Part shown: in pieces, positions 57,126-64,000 of the stretch
Numbering within the stretch: the stretch's first letter is position 1
Layout of the letters: each line of letters begins with the position of its first letter
Origin: Chrysomallon squamiferum
Taxonomy: Eukaryota; Animalia; Mollusca
Direction of reading: 5' to 3'
Assembly (NCBI GenBank): GCA_012295275.1
Contig: CM022670.1
Span: forward strand, 25,296,001-25,360,000
DNA length: 64,000 nt
The notes under the pieces: model-generated
Databases searched by the model: none
Told to the model about the DNA's origin: nothing
What the model saw: the letters and a program-made list of their open reading frames with translations, nothing else
Program-made: the position numbers and the translations under genes

Positions 57126-60100
57126 TAGATTTTATTTTATTTATTTTATTTTATTTTATTTTATTTTATTTTATTTTATTTTATTTTATTACATTTTAAA
57201 ATACTTTTTAAAATTTATTTTACTTGTTATTTTTGTTTTATCTTTTTAAGTCACTTCACTTTGGTTTGATTTTGATTATCTTGCATTATCATACTTTATA
57301 TTTTATTATGTTTTTAATTTTTTATTTACTTTTCTTTTGTTTTCTTTTACAATGACCCATTATTCTAAAATAAAGTTTATTATTATAAACACACCAAGAT
57401 GAGCTTAACTAAGCTATCACTTATGTTTTAATTTGTAGGAACTGGTTTGATGGAGATAGTAACAGAACCAGATTTCAGTTCAGCAGAGGAAGCAGCCAGC
57501 TTCGTGAAAGAATTACAACTTATTCTCCAGAGCATTGGAACATGTGACGGGAAAATGTCAGGTATTGAAATCACAGCCACAGTGATTTTATATTTATAGA
57601 TGCTCAGCTTTGTGTTCTTATGAATGCTCATTGTTTCAAGTCTGAAAAAGCCAGGTGCACACAGGATGTAGACATACATACAAAAATATATATCAGTGAT
57701 GAAAATCAACTAAAGAGATAGAGAGTGTGTGTGTGTGTGTGTGTTTGTGTTTGAAAATACTATTATAACCTTTATTATGAATTTATTTTACACTGCAGAG
57801 GGTTCTCTCAGAGTTGATGCTAACATCTCAATTCATCAGGAAGGTGAACAGTTGGGAATAAGAACTGAAGTTAAAAACATCAACAGTATACGTGGTGTTG
57901 CCAAAGCAATTGGTTTGTAATTTAGCTGATATGACTTTGTTTTAATAAAATCTTTCTACAGTATTGTTTTAGTTTTCCATTTTTGCTTTTAGAAAAACCT
58001 TAACATAGTTAATTTATAAATTTTTGGATATTTTTTATATAGATAGAAAAAATAAATGTATGATAGCAGGTAAATGTAATTCTTATTTAAAAAATATTTT
58101 GTAAACATCTGTAATAAAAAGACTATTAAGAATTGTTTAAGGTCAAGGTTTTTTTTTTTCATGCTGAAAACTTAATTCCAACAGATCAGTTAAGGAGCAG
58201 GATATAATTGTAGAAACAAAGTAAATATTTGAAAAAAAAAAGTTCTTGTTTACCAAATCATTGTAATTTGAATTTCTAGGTTTTAATATGTAACCATACA
58301 AATGTTTTTATATTTGTTACAGAATTTGAAATAAAGCGGCAGATAGAAGAAAAGGAAAATGGGAGAGAGATCATCAATGAAACAAGGATGTTTGATTCAG
58401 AGACTGGGTGAGATTGTATAAATTGTTTAATTAAGGTTACTCAGCAGTTATATGTGTGCAGGAAAATAGTTTCTGAAGAATTTTAGACAACTCTTTCATT
58501 TAACATTTAAAAAAAAAATTTGAATATAATTCAAGAGAAATAACTGCAACTGAGAAATATAAATCCTGACAATAACCAAATCATTGCTGATAGTTTCACC
58601 TAATACAGCAATGATAGTCATTAATAATAATCTTTTCCAGACATGAATCTTCATTAAAAATATTGCCAAAATATTGTTCCAGTTACTTAATATGATATTA
58701 GAAAGAAGAAAATAATATATATGTATATTTATAATAATAAAAATAAATAAATAAATAAATAAAATAAAAATTACAACCCCAAAACATGCAACAAAATGAT
58801 TTACTATATTTTATGTCATTTTTCAAAGAAAGACCTTGACATTTTTGTGTTTGGTTTTAAAAATGTTTTAGTGAAACACTTCCAATGAGAGATAAAGAGA
58901 AAATTCTTGATTATCGCTTTATGCCAGAACCAAACTTGCCTCCCCTCTACGTGTATGAGACTGTGCCATCAGGATCTAGCCACAAAGATGTGGTTGTTAT
59001 TGATCATTTGAAGCAGCAGCTGCAAGAGCTGCCAGAAGACAAACGACAACGCCTGCAGAAACAGTATGGCTTGCCTCTGAGTACAGCAGTGATGCTTGTA
59101 GTAAGAATGTTAAATTTTCTCATTATTAATTTTAATTCAGAGAATCTGTATAATTAAAAGCAGTTTAGCATAAACAGTTTAAAAAATAAAAGGCAAAATA
59201 TATTTCTAGACTGAAAGGTATATTTTGGTATGTAAAAAATAAAAATAATAAATAAATATATAAATAAATAGTTTGTTATTTATGCTGGCTGTTTGATATT
59301 TTGATAATTAAAATAAAAAAGACAACTAACTTACGTATTGTCTTGGTTTTCAGAATGAACCAGGTCTTGTGGACTTTTTTGAAGAGGTTGTTAAAGAAAA
59401 GAAGAGGGACCCTGCAGCAGTCATTACCTTCTTGGTGAATGATTTTCTTGGGCAGCTGAACTCAAGAGATATAAGTGTACTGAATAGGTTTGTGTTTGTG
59501 ATGCAGCTAACAATATTGTATCAAAATATAAGAAGATTTTAAATACATTTTAAACATTATAAATGTTTTGCAATTTATAATACAGTGGTATCTGTCTTTA
59601 CTGGCCCCCGAAATGAGTGGCCACCTATGAAGTGCCAACACATTTCTGAGTCCCAATTGTTTTTCAGTAGATATTGTCCCTTTGATCAGCAGACACCTTC
59701 CTAACTTGTATGCGCACAGCATTTTAAAATTATTATTCCACTGCTAAAGTGGACAGTCATACTGATTTGGATTTGTTTCCTCCAAAATAAATAATTTTAT
59801 TTTATGGCAGCTTTATACCATATTATAAAAGATAGTCTTGCCCCTTTTCTGCACTGCACAGTGCTGCAGGGAATGTGGTTTTTGTCAAATAAGAAGAGCC
59901 CACTAAACTGTTGCCCATCAAACTGTGTGAGTTTAAAACATTTCAAACATTTTTCTGTGCACATTTATTTTTTTATAAACACTGAGTCTTAGCAGACTTT
60001 TGAAGCTGGCACAAATGGGAGCTGTATTTGAGTTTCAAACACAATTTTTTTTTTAAAACATTAAATCTATCTTATTCTTATTATGATATTATAAGATGAA

Positions 60101-61860
60101 AAATAAGTTTTATTTACACTGATCAGTGAATATATTTGCAGTTGTATATTAGGAGAAAGCTGTGATGTTTGCTGTGGCTATACCTGGCCATGACGATTCA
60201 TTTTTGTTGTAGGTACTGGTGTGATGAATTTAAATAAAGATAGTAAATACATGCAAAAAAAACTGTCTGTAATTTTTGTCCTTCTCATGAGAGGACACTT
60301 ACAGTGTAGGGACACTTTTACTCAGCCCCACAGGTCTCCATACAAGACAGGTATCACTGTAATTATAAATAAATATTATAAGTAGATTTTCAAACATAAA
60401 TTATAATGGTTTTCCATTTCCAGATTAAACAATAAATGTTTGTGTTCAGCAGTTAAATCCTCTCCTTGTATTAATTATCATTCTTGATTAAGTAATTTTG
60501 TTTTTTGTTTTTAAACAATCTATACAGTGGTATCTTTTTGACATTTTGGTTAGCATTTGCATGCCTGTGAAATGTCATCAAGCTGCAGTCATTTTGATCT
60601 TTATGAAGCATTCTGGTAAATTTAAATGATTATTGTGTTTTGAAATGTAATCTTTCATTATTTTATTTTATTTTTCTTGTTAGCCCTGTGAGTACTGTTT
60701 CATTTGGCAGTTTGTTTGATATGCTTTCCTCCGAAAAGGTTTCAGCATCAACAGCAAAAAAAGCAAGTATCATGCCATATTTACACTGAAAATATAAAAT
60801 GCCAAGTTAATCTATTTCTCCTTTAATCCTGTCAAAACACTACAAAACAAAGATGACTGACATAAAATTAATATATTGTCTGTAGTATTTTATGAGTTCA
60901 TAATCTAAGAGGAGAAATCAATTAAAGTGAGAGATAAGTATGTTGATATTCTATTTGATGCCAATTTTCTTGTTTCGCTGTTTTGTAATGAATGTGTTGT
61001 TTAAACATGTTGTGTTTTGAAAACAGAAGGTTGGAACCAAAAGAATGATCAAAATAAAATGAAATTATTATTTACATAAATGCTATTCTCTTGCTCACAG
61101 GTCTTTTTAATATCATTTTAAACATTTCTTTACTAAAACTGTTTTTTTAACAATGTGATTTATTAACTCCATTATGTTGTTCTTATTTTTTCTAAACTTT
61201 CTTATTTCTCCTATATCAGATTTATTAACATTTCAGGAATATGTGTAATCCATCACCTAAGTTGCATTTTAGGAAGTAAAAAGGTTTTTTTTAATGTTTT
61301 TAGGTGCTAGTATTACTGTTTGAAAATCCAAACACAACTCCACAGCAGATAGTAAGTGATAAGAACTGGATGCAGGTTGATGACAAGAATGTGATTGAAG
61401 AAACTTGCAGAAAAGTCTTAACAGACAATCCAAAACCTGTAAGTGATTTTATCTCGAATATTTTTCATATTTTCAATCATTTTAAACTTTCAGGAGAGTA
61501 ACCTGAATTTCATTTTAACCAAACTACATATTTTCAAACAGCTGGTAGTTTAATTAGATTTCAAATAATTTTATTTATTCAAAATTTAATTACTTCTAAG
61601 AAAACAGAGAAATTGTTCTGTTTTAGATATTTAAGTTTTCTGATTTATTATCTCAAATAGGAATTATGGTAGTTAAATGCAAGACTGTACTTAATCCATG
61701 TTTACTGTTTTATTATTATTTTCAGGTTGCCGAGTACAAAAAAGGCAAAAAGAAAGTACTGAATGCTCTGATTGGTCAGGTTCAAAAAAAGTTTGAAGGT
61801 CGTGCAAATCCAAAATTGGTGATTGACATTTTACAGAGGCTTATAGACAGTGAAAAATGA
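55169..61860 (+). CDS. GATB: Glutamyl-tRNA(Gln) amidotransferase subunit B, mitochondrial (GatB/PET112), 526 aa, 12 exons
   Basis: Exons 55169-55251, 55617-55767, 56226-56339, 56798-56996, 57439-57561, 57799-57912, 58323-58407, 58872-59100, 59354-59487, 60684-60762, 61304-61438, 61726-61860 (1581 nt). Motifs [92 protein letters not shown] and a C-terminal Yqey-like domain. The Arg/Ser-rich N-terminus resembles a mitochondrial transit peptide. Confidence 0.96.
56343..56530. repeat. 31-bp AT-rich minisatellite (~6 copies) just after the GATB exon 3 donor
   Basis: Unit AATGATATTTTTAAAATTAATATTAGAATAT is tandemly repeated. Confidence 0.9.
59583..60359. mobile_element. Tc1/mariner-superfamily (pogo/Tigger-like) MITE in GATB intron 9
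   Basis: TA|CAGTGGTATCTGTCTT ... AAGACAGGTATCACTG|TA: 16-bp TIR (14/16 match), TA target duplication, 777 bp, no transposase ORF. Confidence 0.8.
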
Positions 61861-61908
61861 ATGTGAATGCCCATTATTTGGGCAGGACAGAACTATGAAA
61901 CTACTATT

Positions 61909-61914
61909 AATAAA
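61909..61914 (+). terminator. Candidate polyadenylation signal of GATB
   Basis: AATAAA 48 nt after the stop codon, followed by TTGTGCTTTATTTTTT. Confidence 0.6.
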
Positions 61915-64000
61915 ACTTGATTATTATTTACCTTGTGCTTTATTTTTTATTTTCTGCATTATTTTCACCAAATAGATTATTTGATTTTAGCTATTCCCTT
62001 CTTTTATTAGAAGAATCAAAGAATTTTTTTCCAGATAGAACTGTGATAACATTTTGTTTCTTTCTTGTTCTTTTTTAAATAGGCAATATTGGGGCATCTA
62101 AGTGCATGGGTTTGACATAGGTAATAGGCATTTCACCATGAAATCAAAGGCTGCAAATCATTGTAAATAAGTAAGCTGTAGCCAAAACAGAAATAAAGAC
62201 TCCTTGAATGTTGTGGGTATAATAAAACAGGTAAAGACATAAAATAAATGTGTTCTGTACTATTTATTTATTTTTCCACTACAAATATTTCCAATCATAT
62301 GACTTCGTTCCACAATTTTTTCATTTACAGTAATATATTGTGCAGGTACAATACCACATGGATGACAAATAGAAAAAACAACAAAAATAATATTTGTTCT
62401 CGATGGCATTTATTCATTAATATTCAAAAGAATTCACAGACGAACCACAGATTATCACAACTTGTGTATTTTCTGCACCCAGCAATGATATTGTAACATG
62501 GTAAATACACTGGATAAATATTAGATTTCAGTAACTTAGATGAAATCATTAGTAAGTTAGTTTTCTAAAAAAGAAAAAAAATTAAAAACACAAAAAATAA
62601 ATACAATAATAACATTTTTAAATACCAATAAAATAAAATGTAATCCAATCTGCACTATGTCTTTGGTTACAAAACCCAGTTAAAAAGTCCAATAACAAAT
62701 GTAACTTGTTTATAGTATTACAAATATAACTGTGACTAAAGACAAGTTTAATCTCATAATTCCATCTGGCAAGAGTTCTAGATATGTAAATCTGAAGTAT
62801 GCCAACATAATAAAAGTAACTTTTATGCAGTTATATACAAGCCATTTGTAACTCTTTTTCCCTCCTTTTTTATGCTACATATGCATGCTTCATTTTTTTA
62901 ATATACAATTACTTTTCACAGTAACCCACAATCCACCCATACACATACTCAAAAACAAAATTAATAAGAAAAAAAAAAAAGGTTTAAAATAAGGGAGATT
63001 TTTTCAGTTGATACATTTCACACTAATCTTAATAATGATTTAAATGGGACTGTTTTAAAAAAAATGCAGAAATGATAGAGCTCAGCAGGAATGTAATTTA
63101 AAGACCATGGATAGCTTCTGAAAAGGGAATAACTGCAATAAAATAAAATATACTATATTAATAAAAAAAAGAAATACATCTGAACCAGTCAGGGATAAAT
63201 TAAAATTAGAAGAGCAAAACATTTTTTGTTAAAGTATAAGTCAAGAAAAACAAAATTTTAAAAGTCTCATTTCAGAACATCTGATTGAAACAAAATATGA
63301 TATTCTGCAGTATGCCGAAATTTAACAAAGACATTTAATGTAAAAGGGAATGGATAAAATGCTTAACATACTGCCGAAATGATAAAAAGGCTGAGCTCCA
63401 TTCTTGTTACTGAATAGATTACTTTAAACAATGAAAAATAATTAAATAATTTTGTTTTTATCTTAGAATACAAGCATATTCAGAGTACAAAACTATTTAA
63501 TTTGTTTTGTTTTTGTTTGTAACCAATAACTATTTATCTCTAATTAAAAAAATGTTAACGCTTATTTTACAAAGAATAAACGTTTCACTGATACCGTATT
63601 ATAAATCCTAACGTTTTATCTTCACATATGGTCAGCATGTACTTACAAGGGCAAAAAAAACAAAACAAAATAAAAAACAGTTAGAAAAGATGTTAAAACA
63701 ATCTTAAGTTTCAATACAGCAGCTGCCACAATCTGATAGCTGCTAGAATCCAAAAACTGTATTTACAATAAATCCACACATCAACCTAGCAACAGCCTTT
63801 TTTGTTATGTTAATATGAAAAGGTATTGATGACAAATTTATTGTTGTCCATCACACCATACTGGAATGGTCTGAAAGACATTTTATAATAAAATAGGAGA
63901 CTACTTATCACAAACTATAGATAATACCTTTATGAGCCCCTTTGACTCGGTGATCTTTATTCGGGATTCATTAATTAATTGCTGCCTTTTTTTTATTCTT

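Overview
AT-rich, microsatellite-dense animal genomic DNA with spliceosomal introns. It is probably a lophotrochozoan such as a mollusc; this is inferred from TTAGGG repeats, receptor type and repeat style. Three intron-containing genes were rebuilt by hand from splice sites and reading phase. (1) An 8-exon, 436-aa GluCl/glycine-receptor-family Cys-loop channel subunit on the minus strand (44598->27584), whose agonist-binding residues are strongly remodelled. (2) A 6-exon, 163-aa CHIC1/2 gene on the plus strand (46423-49694), head-to-head with the receptor. (3) A 12-exon, 526-aa mitochondrial GatB gene on the plus strand (55169-61860) with a probable GC-AG intron. The left 27 kb has no recognisable coding gene but holds the most unusual structure: a ~4 kb interstitial (CCCTAA)n block with a higher-order spacer made of decayed telomere hexamers. 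The block starts at the end of a hAT-type MITE that has lost its target-site duplication and is bracketed by a ~570-650 bp diverged direct repeat. MITEs, a CR1-like RT fragment, minisatellites and many microsatellites are also present. Most ORFs in the supplied track are microsatellite artefacts. No database search or alignment program was run, and identities are by-eye estimates.
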